Source: Candidatus Poribacteria bacterium (GTDB taxonomy: Bacteria; Poribacteria; WGA-4E; WGA-3G). From it: 64,000 nt of DNA. Within the stretch, counting starts at the first letter, position 1. Each line of letters starts with the position of its first letter. Shown here piece by piece: positions 10,572 through 19,286 of the stretch. The DNA is taken from contig CBDCOJ010000031.1 of assembly GCA_965219695.1 (NCBI GenBank), forward strand, positions 414,561-478,560, in the 5' to 3' direction. Both the position numbers and the translations under genes were made by a program. Under the pieces are notes generated by a model that saw nothing but the letters and a program-made list of their open reading frames with translations, ran no database searches and was not told the DNA's origin.

Positions 10572-12977
10572 TTAGTTGCTGTTGTGAAGAACAGCGTTTT
10601 GTGGGTTCCCTTCCTCTTCAAACGGTTCTTCCTGACCAATTCGCAGCTGGCGTTCAGCATCAACAACATCACGATTAATTTTACCGATACACCGATTCAA
10701 TTTATCTGTGAGGGCAGTGTGTCCTGCCATAGCACGACGAATTTGACGCAGTTGGTCAATCACAAGTCGGAAGGTTCTGACAAAATCACCCGGATCCAGT
10801 GCAGCATAGTCTGTTAATTTATCGAATTCGCACCCACGACTCCACGCCAACATAGCTGAACACAAACGAAGTTCCAAGATCGGAACAATTTCAGAGACGT
10901 TGAGTTGATTTTCTAACCCTTGGATGTCTAAAATTTCGTCCCAAGCTGTCCCCAGAATTGATAACAATCTTTTATCTTTTATCTTCTTAAAATAACCATC
11001 TTTGCGAGGTTCAGACACTATTGCTACCATGAGACAATTGATTTCATCTTCGGTTAACCGTTCGAAAAATCCCTTAAAGAGAAGTTGTGTTAATTGGAGT
11101 TCGTATCCATAGATATGTGATGCTGTGTTCCCGCGCGGCAGCAATGTCTGTGATTCAATGTACCCAAGCGTCTCAAGGACCTTTAAGCGGGCGGCTATCT
11201 GTTCTTGCTGATAATTTTGAATTGATGTCTGTTTTTGCTTTAAATTTTGAATACGTTGTTCCTGTTTACGGATTGCCTGATATCTATTAGTGCATTGTTT
11301 ACGTTCGTAACATTCGTGGCAAAGGTTTTTAGAGAGGCCAGCATTCAGCGTCTTTATTTTATTGTAAATCGGTGTCAGCTTCTTTTTTTGTTCCTTTTTC
11401 CTGGACTTTCCGCGAAAAGACCGGGATTTAAGGGATGCTAATTCCAACTGCAACCTTTCAATCCCTTTTTGGTTTGACCGCTTAAGTCGGTGATAACTTT
11501 CAATCTGTTTCATACCCTCAATGTTATCGTGGATACAAGTGGGGAGCGGTAGCGAAACACGTTTTTCCTCTAAAAGAGCAATCTGTTTATTAAGATCGTT
11601 CATGCGTCTATAATTTTGGTGATTGCTTAGACTCATCGTGTAGACATCGTAAATCTCGTCGCCAAATTTTTCATACAGATTGAGGATACTGGAATATGAG
11701 AGATTGAACTGGCTTGTGATGGGTTCAATGGTATTAGAAATGGCTTCGCTGACATCATTCTGTGTTGCATATTCTGGGTCAACTTGAGCATAGACATAAC
11801 CGACATCATCAATCCCGCGTCTTCCTGCCCTGCCTGCCATTTGATGATATTCCCGTGCTTTGAGATAACGGAAACTCACACCGTCAAATTTTTCCAAACT
11901 ATCAAACACTACTGTACATGCAGGCATGTTAATTCCAACAGCAAACGTCTCAGTGGTAAATAGGAGTTGAATTAATCCTGAAGTAAACAACCGCTCAACT
12001 ACCTCCTTCAGCGTAGGTAACATACCCGCATGATGATAGGCTATTCCGCAACTGATTAAGTGGCGAAAATCTGTAATTACCTTTTCTTCAACAATATCGA
12101 ATTGATTACAAAGCGCGTCAAATTTTTCTAAAATCTGTTCCTGCTTTTCTGAATCAAGCAACTCATGTTGTCCTGAAGAGGCATAATAGTGGGCGTTACC
12201 TTCACATCTTTTACGACTGAAACAGAAATAGAGACATGGTAGTCGGTTTTCTTTGTATAGGTAAGGTATTAATTCCGTGTTAATTATGCCTTTTGGTTTT
12301 TTAGATTTACCTTTATCCTGATCATTATCCTTACGTTTCTGTCTTTTTGCCATCTGTCGCAGATCGTTAAGGTGTCCCAATTTACCTATTCCAAAACCCG
12401 AAAAATAAAGGTGATGTTCTAAAGGCACAGGACGTTCTAACTCTTCAACCACTGCAATGTCAATTTCTCTAACGCTTTGCATCCACTCCGCAAATGAGTT
12501 GATGTTTGGAATTGTCGCACTCAGGCAGACAAATTTGATATGTTGCGGTGCAAAAATGATACTTTCTTCCCAGACGGTGCCGCGTTCAATGTCGTTGATA
12601 TAGTGGATTTCGTCAAAAATGACATAGGAAACATCTTGTAGTCTTTCTATATCATCAAAGATGATATTTCGGAATATCTCAGTGGTCATCAATAGGACTT
12701 GAGCATAAGGATTTAAGACGACATCGCCGGTTACGATACCAATTTTATCACCGTATTCAGATTGAAAATCTCTATATTTTTGATTACTAAGTGCCTTGAT
12801 CGGTGCGGTGTAGATAACGCGTTTGTTTGTCTGGAGACATTTTTCAACAGCGTATTCAGCAATAACAGTCTTACCTGCCCCAGTAGGTGCTGTTACTATC
12901 ACCGAGTGGTCTTGGTTAATTGCTGTAATTGCCTCTTCCTGAAACCGATCTAACGCAAAGCCTTTATATTCCATCAA
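10572..12977 (-). CDS. Ski2/HelY-like superfamily-2 RNA helicase (DEAD/DEAH core plus DSHCT-like C-terminal domain)
   Basis: 'VIVTAPTGAGKTVIAEY' (motif I), 'IFDEIHYI' (motif II DEIH), 'SATIPN', 'HHAGMLP' and 'QMAGRAGRRGID' (motif VI). The C-terminal region resembles the DOB1/SKI2/HelY C-terminal domain. Confidence 0.75.
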   Translation of the reverse strand: MMEYKGFALDRFQEEAITAINQDHSVIVTAPTGAGKTVIAEYAVEKCLQTNKRVIYTAPIKALSNQKYRDFQSEYGDKIGIVTGDVVLNPYAQVLLMTTEIFRNIIFDDIERLQDVSYVIFDEIHYINDIERGTVWEESIIFAPQHIKFVCLSATIPNINSFAEWMQSVREIDIAVVEELERPVPLEHHLYFSGFGIGKLGHLNDLRQMAKRQKRKDNDQDKGKSKKPKGIINTELIPYLYKENRLPCLYFCFSRKRCEGNAHYYASSGQHELLDSEKQEQILEKFDALCNQFDIVEEKVITDFRHLISCGIAYHHAGMLPTLKEVVERLFTSGLIQLLFTTETFAVGINMPACTVVFDSLEKFDGVSFRYLKAREYHQMAGRAGRRGIDDVGYVYAQVDPEYATQNDVSEAISNTIEPITSQFNLSYSSILNLYEKFGDEIYDVYTMSLSNHQNYRRMNDLNKQIALLEEKRVSLPLPTCIHDNIEGMKQIESYHRLKRSNQKGIERLQLELASLKSRSFRGKSRKKEQKKKLTPIYNKIKTLNAGLSKNLCHECYERKQCTNRYQAIRKQEQRIQNLKQKQTSIQNYQQEQIAARLKVLETLGYIESQTLLPRGNTASHIYGYELQLTQLLFKGFFERLTEDEINCLMVAIVSEPRKDGYFKKIKDKRLLSILGTAWDEILDIQGLENQLNVSEIVPILELRLCSAMLAWSRGCEFDKLTDYAALDPGDFVRTFRLVIDQLRQIRRAMAGHTALTDKLNRCIGKINRDVVDAERQLRIGQEEPFEEEGNPQNAVLHNSN

Positions 12978-13119
12978 TATCCCCTATACTGAAACCATAA
13001 TAAATAGTATAACGAATATCTGCTTTTTTGTCAAGAAAGATTGATTGAGAACAGGGTTATTTAGTTTTAAGAATTATCGGTTAATAGGTTTTACTGAGAG
13101 TTTATATTGTAGGTCCAAC

Positions 13120-13238
13120 TCAACGCTATGAATGCCTTTGGTAGAATGCACTTGGCAGAATACGCCAAATCAAGAAATCAACGGTATGAATGACGTTTAG
13201 TCATTCCCCGGGTATGAATGCCATTTAGGCATTCCCCG
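13120..13238. repeat. Cluster of family-B palindromic repeats (GAATGCC-N-GGCATTC type; AATCAACGGTATGAATGACGTTTAGTCATTC)
   Basis: The sequence is nearly identical to the elements at 8871..8950 and 26090..26135. It lies in a 1.1-kb gene-free divergent intergenic region. Confidence 0.75.
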
Positions 13239-13533
13239 TATGGTATTCTACATGATTCTACATGATTCAGCGGGTTGAGTGGACGAAACCCGACCTGATC
13301 GCACTGTCACACTAAGATTGTCGAGTTTCGCTTCGCTCTACCCGACCTACAATGCGATTATAAAATATTAGCGTTTGTAATAAAATGCGCAAAAAAACTG
13401 AAAACTAAATAATCTTGGATTGAGAAACAGAGGTATTCAATTTTCGGGTTTTTATCTGTTTGAGTCGTAAAGTCACTATTTGTGGCCACTCCGCAGATGC
13501 ATGTTGTGATTCGGAGTTTGCACCTACCTAAAA

Positions 13534-13570
13534 TATACCGTACGGTATACTTTTTTATACCGTGGTATAC
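13534..13570. promoter_or_regulatory. Tandem pair of palindromic sites TATACCGTACGGTATA / TATACCGTGGTATAC (candidate dimeric transcription-factor operator)
   Basis: A perfect 16-bp palindrome at 13534..13549 is repeated as a near copy 22 bp downstream. Both are followed by CTTTT. They sit in the divergent region between the helicase and LamG genes. Confidence 0.35.
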
Positions 13571-14086
13571 TTTTGAAACTGGCTATAAACCCTGTTACTG
13601 TATGGGTTTATAGATATTTTTCTTATTTTCAATTAATTTGATTTTTTCTATTTCTCACCTGATTTGAGGAGCACGGTTTTCCTCTTGCTGCAGATTTCCT
13701 GGACCTGTTGTTTTTGTGGTTTAGGATCGGTTTTGTTTTTCATACCGATATTATACTTGGTTCTGTGGGAGATCGGATACTTTTGTTGCGCGTTGAACAA
13801 TAGATTTCCAATATATTTAGAATAAGTTTGCAGAAAAAGTTGGGGTTGATGTGTGTATCTTTTGAATCTCGGATGCGCATTTATTGTGTTTTTGACATGG
13901 TGGTTGACATGGAGTTTTGGTAAAGGAAGCAATTATTGGAGAATTGAATGGCTCTGGATTGAGAAACGAAACTATTAATTGATAAAATTTTGCTAATTTG
14001 CCATAATACCTTTAAGTTTAGAAATAACCATTACAAAAACATTAACAGTAGAATACACGGGGAAAAGTTCTAAAGGAGTTTTAGAA

Positions 14087-14947
14087 ATGTTTCAAACATT
14101 GACAAATAACAGAATTCACATGTTATCCGTAGTTCTATTATTCTGTCTTGTTTCATTGCTATTTACTTTCTTACCCATCATGTTGGTGGAAGCACAACGA
14201 AATGAAGCAACAGTCGCTGGAAATTGGACGTTTGATGATGGCAGTGCCAAGGATAGTTCACGGAAAGGATTGAATGGTCAGTTTGTGGGAGAGCCGAAAT
14301 CCGTAAATGGTATTGTCGGAAAAGCATTACAGTTTAATGGCAAAAGCGATGCTGTTAATATCCCTGATTCTGTTGATATCAACACTGGTGGTCCATATAC
14401 CAACCGAACGGTCGCAGCATTTTTTAAATGTGCTGACATTAGTAAAAATCAGAAACAAGTTATTTATCAAGAAGGTGGTGGCACACGAGGTTTAGCCATC
14501 TATGTGCACAACGGTAAGGTCTACGTTGGAGGTTGGAATCGAGCAGAGTACAATTGGGATGGTGCTTGGTCATCAGTGAAAATTCGATCGAATCGGTGGC
14601 ATCACGTTGCCTTAGTCATTCGGGATGCTTCTGATAGAGTCGAGAACGATAAGTTTGAAATGTGGTTAGATGGTAAACTCATCGCTAAAGAGAAGGGTGG
14701 GCAACTTCATATGCATGGCAATAATATCTCAATCGGGCATGTCACTCAGAAGACGGTCTACCATGACGGTATTCAAGAAGGCAACAATGTAGACTGGTTT
14801 AGCGGTGTCATTGACGAAGTCATCGTCTACAATTCGGCATTTGACAGGACAGATTTAACAAAAATCGCACAACCCTTAAGTATTGTACCAAAGGGAAAAT
14901 CCACAACCACGTGGGGATACCTGAAATCTAAGCGAACCGAGAATTAG
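14087..14947 (+). CDS. Secreted LamG / concanavalin-A-like lectin domain protein
   Basis: Signal peptide ('MLSVVLLFCLVSLLFTFLPIMLVEA'). 'GKALQFNGKSDAVNIPD...WHHVALV...VDEVIVYNSA' is the Laminin_G_3-type pattern. Confidence 0.6.
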   Translation: MFQTLTNNRIHMLSVVLLFCLVSLLFTFLPIMLVEAQRNEATVAGNWTFDDGSAKDSSRKGLNGQFVGEPKSVNGIVGKALQFNGKSDAVNIPDSVDINTGGPYTNRTVAAFFKCADISKNQKQVIYQEGGGTRGLAIYVHNGKVYVGGWNRAEYNWDGAWSSVKIRSNRWHHVALVIRDASDRVENDKFEMWLDGKLIAKEKGGQLHMHGNNISIGHVTQKTVYHDGIQEGNNVDWFSGVIDEVIVYNSAFDRTDLTKIAQPLSIVPKGKSTTTWGYLKSKRTEN

Positions 14948-15003
14948 TTTGTATTTCTATTTGAGGGTGTGTAAAGTTTTGGTTATTACCCCGGATATAC
15001 TTT

Positions 15004-15055
15004 GTAGGAGGGAACTCCGATTCCCGACAGTTCGCGATTCGGAGATCGCTCCTAC
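15004..15055. repeat. Family A palindromic repeat
   Basis: GTAGGAGGGAACTCCGATTCCCGAC agttc GCGATTCGGAGATCGCTCCTAC. Confidence 0.8.
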
Positions 15056-15223
15056 AAGTTTTATCTGCATATTTCTACAAAAACTTTACATACCCTCTAT
15101 TTGATTTTAATTTGACAACCCGCCTCTGAATATAGTACAATATTTGTTCCATACGAAAAAGATATATTTTGCTTAAGCCGATTCAATTCCGGTGTGAGCA
15201 CCATCCTTAGGCATAAAAACTAA

Positions 15224-15412
15224 ACTCTGGGTCGTGTGGATGCGTTATCGGGTCGCAGGTTCGAATCCTGCCAGCAGGTGAAGTGTGTAATGCGAAGCCT
15301 GCTGTAGCTAAGTGGTAGAGCGATGTATTCCGACTTCTTATCCAGAGTTGTTTGTGCGGGCCGAAGTATTGCGTTATCTACCAAAACTGATCGCAATATA
15401 CACCTTGCCCGC
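15224..15412 (+). ncRNA. Y-RNA-like RNA 1: permuted tRNA-like module plus candidate Ro-binding stem-loop (YrlA-type tRNA mimic)
   Basis: T-arm GCAGG-TTCGAAT-CCTGC (15255..15271). Acceptor 3' strand CAGCAGG (15272..15278), a 19-nt loop, then acceptor 5' strand CCTGCTG (15298..15304) with perfect complementarity. TA, then D-arm GCTAAGTGGTAGAGC (15307..15321). The module is closed by CTCTGG (15225) / CCAGAG (15342). Then GCGGGCCGAAG (15356) ... internal hairpin ATTGCG/CGCAAT ... CCTTGCCCGC (15403..15412). It lies directly upstream of rsr. Confidence 0.55.
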
Positions 15413-15446
15413 TACCATGTGAAAATCGAAGATAATCCAAACGCAG

Positions 15447-15661
15447 CTCCGGGTCGAGAGAGTGTGTTATCTTTAATGATACGGTCGCAGGTTCGAGTCC
15501 TGTTAGTAAGTTTGTGTTGGACATAAACTTGCTGTAGCTCAGATGGTAGAGCATATCAAAACGGACTCCAATCCTTATCCGGAGCCTTCTTTGGCGGGCC
15601 GAAGTATTCCGTTAACTTTATCAATACACGCTAAGATGCACGTAATACACACCTTGCCCGC
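15447..15661 (+). ncRNA. Y-RNA-like RNA 2 (second tandem copy, diverged)
   Basis: The architecture matches RNA 1 with compensatory changes. The closing helix is CTCCGG / CCGGAG. T-arm GCAGG-TTCGAGT-CCTGT. Acceptor TAGTAAG / CTTGCTG pairs with 2 G-U wobbles. D-arm GCTCAGATGGTAGAGC. GGCGGGCCGAAG (15593..15604) ... CCTTGCCCGC (15652..15661). Confidence 0.55.
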
Positions 15662-15683
15662 GCTCCATAAAAGATGCGAAATC

Positions 15684-17327
15684 ATGAGTTATTTACGACA
15701 ATATTCTCCATTACATCCAAACCAGCGGCAGCCGTTGGATGAACAGCAGGTAGAAAACTCTGCTGGCGGATATGTTTATCCTGTTTCCATTTGGACAAAC
15801 TTAGACCGGTTTCTAATTTTAGGAACCGAAGGTGGATCCTATTATGCAAAAGAGCAGGATTTGACAAAGGAAAATGTTGATTCTGTTAAGCAGTGCATTG
15901 CAGAGGATGGTGTTCAGGTTGTTGAACGGATTCGGGAGATTTCTGTTTCTGGGCGTGCACCGAAAAACGATCCCGCTTTATACGCATTGGCACTCGCTTT
16001 CACCCACGGAAATACAGCCACAAAACAGAAGGTGCAAGAGATATTCTGTGACGTGGCGCGTATCGGAACGCACCTATTCAACTTCGTAGCCTTTGTTGAC
16101 GGTATGCGCGGATGGGGTAGAGCATTGCGCCGGTTAATCGGCGAATGGTATCGCACAAAAGACGATAATGCTTTGGCATATCAAGTCCTGAAATATCAGT
16201 CTCGCAACAGATGGCGGCATGCAGACGTGCTTGCGAAGTGCCATTACGGCGAAAACCGAGGTATTTATCGCTGGATGAAAGGACTTGATACCGGAAAACG
16301 AATTGTGCATCGCGGTTTAGAAGAGAAAAAAGTTTCTACCGTTTACGATGCAACCGATGCTTTGCCTGAACTGCTTGCTGGATATGAAGAACTAAAACTC
16401 ACAGAGAAATGTGCAGATGTGATTAAGCTCATTGAAACGCATCAATTTACCCACGAAATGGTGTCAAATCAGTGGAAAGATGATCCCGATGTTTGGGCAG
16501 CGTTATTGGCTAACATGCCTGTGATGGCAACGGTGCGAAATCTCGGTAAGATGACACAGGTTGGTTTGCTGAAACCTTTTGCGCCAGAGGTGCAGACTGT
16601 GTTGAAGAGACTTTCCGATGAGGCGATTCAGCGGTCACTTATCCACCCTATTCAGATTTTGATGGCGTTGACAACATACAGATCAGGCAAGGGAGTCAAA
16701 GGCAGTTTGACATGGGAACCTGTTCCACAGATTGTTGATGGTTTGGACGCTGCATTCTATATGGCGTTTGATAACGTGGAACCGAGCCATAAGAACACCT
16801 TCTTGGCACTTGATGTTTCTGGTTCAATGATGGGTGGTACTGTAGCAGGTTGCGTAGGACTTACGCCGCGTAATGCTTCCGCTGCGATGGCACTGGTAAC
16901 TGCACGCACTGAACCGAATTACCATTTCTTTGGATTTTCAGACGATTTTGTAAGTCTGCCAATTTCAGCAACTGATAAGTTGGCAAGTGTAATTGAAGCT
17001 GTTTCTGGATTGCCGCATGGTCGCACTGATTGTTCGCTTCCTATACTCTACGCAATAAAAGAAAAATTAGTAGTAGATATATTCACAATCTACACAGATA
17101 GTGAAACTTGGTATGGTGATATTCATCCAAAGACCGCATTAGACATGTATCGGCAAGAGATGGGAAGACCCGCAAAATTAGCGGTTGTCGCGATGGTAGC
17201 GAACAAATTTTCGATTGCCGATCCGAAGGATGCTGGTATGCTGGATTTTGTCGGGTTTGATACTGCCACACCCGCATTGCTCAGCGACTTTGCAAAAGAT
17301 GCTGAAATTATCTTCGAAGACGCGTAG
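15684..17327 (+). CDS. rsr: Ro60-related protein (TROVE domain plus C-terminal vWA/MIDAS), Rsr ortholog
   Basis: 'GGYVYPVSIWTNLDRFLILGTEGGSYYAKEQDLTKEN...PALYALALAF' aligns by eye to the Ro60 TROVE N-terminus. The C-terminal 'FLALDVSGSMMGG' is a MIDAS motif. The start is moved to ATG 15684 because the tracked start (15543) lies inside the D-arm of the upstream structured RNA. Confidence 0.85.
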   Translation: MSYLRQYSPLHPNQRQPLDEQQVENSAGGYVYPVSIWTNLDRFLILGTEGGSYYAKEQDLTKENVDSVKQCIAEDGVQVVERIREISVSGRAPKNDPALYALALAFTHGNTATKQKVQEIFCDVARIGTHLFNFVAFVDGMRGWGRALRRLIGEWYRTKDDNALAYQVLKYQSRNRWRHADVLAKCHYGENRGIYRWMKGLDTGKRIVHRGLEEKKVSTVYDATDALPELLAGYEELKLTEKCADVIKLIETHQFTHEMVSNQWKDDPDVWAALLANMPVMATVRNLGKMTQVGLLKPFAPEVQTVLKRLSDEAIQRSLIHPIQILMALTTYRSGKGVKGSLTWEPVPQIVDGLDAAFYMAFDNVEPSHKNTFLALDVSGSMMGGTVAGCVGLTPRNASAAMALVTARTEPNYHFFGFSDDFVSLPISATDKLASVIEAVSGLPHGRTDCSLPILYAIKEKLVVDIFTIYTDSETWYGDIHPKTALDMYRQEMGRPAKLAVVAMVANKFSIADPKDAGMLDFVGFDTATPALLSDFAKDAEIIFEDA

Positions 17328-17383
17328 AAAATCAACAATTACTAATACCAATTCTATGAATTATTTTCTCTTTTGAAAAATAT

Positions 17384-17416
17384 AAGAGGCGCAATGAATT
17401 GCGCGACTACGAACGG
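17384..17416 (-). repeat. Hairpin repeat family C (CGTAGTCGCGCAATTCATTGCGCCTCTTA), reverse orientation
   Basis: This is the reverse complement of the motif at 49589 and 57703. The core is the GCGCAAT-TC-ATTGCGC hairpin. Confidence 0.7.
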
Positions 17417-17583
17417 TCTATTTCTTTAAGAGAAGTTATTTTTGAGAAACGGTATAACATTCTTAGTTTTGTATTGGACATCTACAGAGGTAGATGTCCT
17501 TTTTTATTTATAGGTTTGAAATATCCTTGTTGCAAATTTAATGGCAGGTATGATACGATAACGGTATCAATTCAACGGGAGGT

Positions 17584-18441
17584 GTGAAAATGAACCAAAA
17601 CGATTATAATATCACCGATTCGGAGATTAATTTCTTCAAGACATTCGGTTATTTAAGTTTTCCGCAATTGATGGCAGACAGGATTGAAGCGATTCAGGAC
17701 GCGTTTGAAACCGTCTGGGCAGAACGCGGCGGTGGACATAACGGCAAACCGCACGAAGGAACAGCGCGCTCTTGTATTGTGCCTTTCATTGATCAGAGTG
17801 AAGAGTTGTCATCGCTGCTGGATGACCCGCGGATTCTGGCGATTGCCAAAACCTTGCTCGGAGACGATTTTAACTATATGGGAAGTGATGGGAATTTCTA
17901 TGTCGGTGATACAGGATGGCATTCTGATGGTGGACATAAACTGGAAGACCCAATGCACATAAAGATTGCATTCTACCTTGATCCACTTTCACGTGACACT
18001 GGCGCACTTCGTGTTATTCCGGGTAGCCATCTGTTCGGAGATAACTATGCTGATGGGTTGAGTCAGCAGATTGGAAGAAGTCAGGAAACGTGGGAAATAC
18101 ATGGAAAAGATGTGCCCGCAGTCGTCTTTGAAACAACACCTGGCGATCTTGTGCTTTTTAACCATAATACCAAGCATGCAGCGTTTGGCGGCGGTAAACG
18201 CAGACGTATGTTCACGATGAATCTTTGCCAGCGATATCCAGAGGATAAGTTGGATGCATTGCAAGCATATATCGCGGGTTCAGCAAGGTTCTGGATTGAT
18301 CGGAAATATGGTGAAAAAATGCTAAACTCCGCTACACCGGAACGGCAGATACATCTTGAACAGGTGAGGGCGAACGATGGACATCTCGCGGAGTTATCTC
18401 GTCAAGCACAGGAACGGATGAGTGAACCTTCACGCGGATGA
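17584..18441 (+). CDS. Phytanoyl-CoA dioxygenase (PhyH)-family Fe(II)/2-oxoglutarate oxygenase
   Basis: 285 aa. 'GWHSDGGH' and 'HNTKHAAFGG' give an HxD...H facial-triad pattern typical of the PhyH family. Confidence 0.55.
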   Translation: MKMNQNDYNITDSEINFFKTFGYLSFPQLMADRIEAIQDAFETVWAERGGGHNGKPHEGTARSCIVPFIDQSEELSSLLDDPRILAIAKTLLGDDFNYMGSDGNFYVGDTGWHSDGGHKLEDPMHIKIAFYLDPLSRDTGALRVIPGSHLFGDNYADGLSQQIGRSQETWEIHGKDVPAVVFETTPGDLVLFNHNTKHAAFGGGKRRRMFTMNLCQRYPEDKLDALQAYIAGSARFWIDRKYGEKMLNSATPERQIHLEQVRANDGHLAELSRQAQERMSEPSRG

Positions 18442-19260
18442 TGCTTGTTGCCATGCTTGCCGAACATATTGGATTGCCTCTTCAAATCCTCGCTGTCCTT
18501 GACGACTGGCTTCCTCTATACTGAGCCAACCGTCGTAATTGGCTTGCCGCATGCGTGAGAAAATTTGCGGAATCGGTGAAGCACCAGTACCGACACGCAC
18601 AGGCTCAAACTTTCCTGCTTCGCGCATGTCAAAGACATGCAACACAACAACGCGGTTAATCACTTTGTCCAGCAGTTCCAAGACGTCTTCGTTAAGGACA
18701 AGAGGGTTTGCTGTGTCAAAGCACACTCCGAGTGGTGTGTCCGAAAGTGCGTCCATGATTTCCAAGAAAATTTCTGTGGGTTGTGAAAAGTCCCAATACT
18801 GCCACGGTGCGCCTTTGGTATGATTCTCATAAGCAAGTGTGATGCCTTTCCTTTCTGCTTCGTCAAGCGCATGTCGGAATCCGTCTACAACCCAATCTAC
18901 CCCTGCTTCGCGTTCAATACCGGGATGATTTTGTCCTGCTGTCACCCGAACAAATTTTGCTCCCAACGCTTTTGCTAATGCGATGTCCGATTTTAGGTTA
19001 GTTAATTCTTGTGCACGTTGTATTTTATCCGGATGCGTGAAATCAGAATAGCATGCGAGCATGCAAGCCTCTAATCCACGTTTTGCAAGGATAGCCCGGA
19101 CTATGTGTGCCGTATTTTCATCACGATGTGGGAAAAATTTAATGCTAAAATCTACTGCATCTAAACCTAATTCTGCTCCGAATCGGATCCAATCCGCGAC
19201 AGTGCTTTTTCCTGTAAAAATGTCATCGTAAAGAGAGACGGGGAGACAACTGAGTTTCAT
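18430..19260 (-). CDS. Sugar-phosphate isomerase/epimerase (xylose-isomerase-like TIM barrel)
   Basis: 276 aa. 'LGLDAVDF', 'LAYENH' and 'GVCFDTANP' are motifs typical of AP-endonuclease-2 / xylose-isomerase-like TIM-barrel proteins. Confidence 0.55.
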   Translation of the reverse strand: MKLSCLPVSLYDDIFTGKSTVADWIRFGAELGLDAVDFSIKFFPHRDENTAHIVRAILAKRGLEACMLACYSDFTHPDKIQRAQELTNLKSDIALAKALGAKFVRVTAGQNHPGIEREAGVDWVVDGFRHALDEAERKGITLAYENHTKGAPWQYWDFSQPTEIFLEIMDALSDTPLGVCFDTANPLVLNEDVLELLDKVINRVVVLHVFDMREAGKFEPVRVGTGASPIPQIFSRMRQANYDGWLSIEEASRQGQRGFEEAIQYVRQAWQQASSA

Positions 19261-19286
19261 TGTGTATTTCTTTCTATTTGTAAAGC

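Noticed and set aside
13648-13932. 94-aa basic ORF on the minus strand
   Set aside because: It lies in the repeat-rich 1.1-kb intergenic region, with no RBS and lysine/proline-rich low-complexity composition. Probably non-coding, though a small protein cannot be excluded.
15323-15526. 67-aa ORF on the plus strand
   Set aside because: It lies entirely within the structured RNA units. No RBS. Spurious.
15249-15560. Circularly permuted or split tRNA genes (3' half upstream of 5' half, as in some red-algal or archaeal genomes)
   Set aside because: No anticodon arm and no CCA or discriminator context. The module is enclosed by an extra covarying helix and followed by a Ro-type stem-loop. There are two tandem copies directly upstream of a Ro60 gene. 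A Y-RNA tRNA-mimic explains all of this better.
15224-15661. Two-piece (permuted) tmRNA
   Set aside because: The D-arm is a full canonical tRNA D-arm (tmRNA has a reduced one). There is no tag-peptide reading frame or pseudoknot series, and no alanine-type G3-U70 acceptor.
17399-17587. 62-aa ORF upstream of the PhyH gene
   Set aside because: It overlaps the family C hairpin repeat and has no homologous features. Likely non-coding 5' region.
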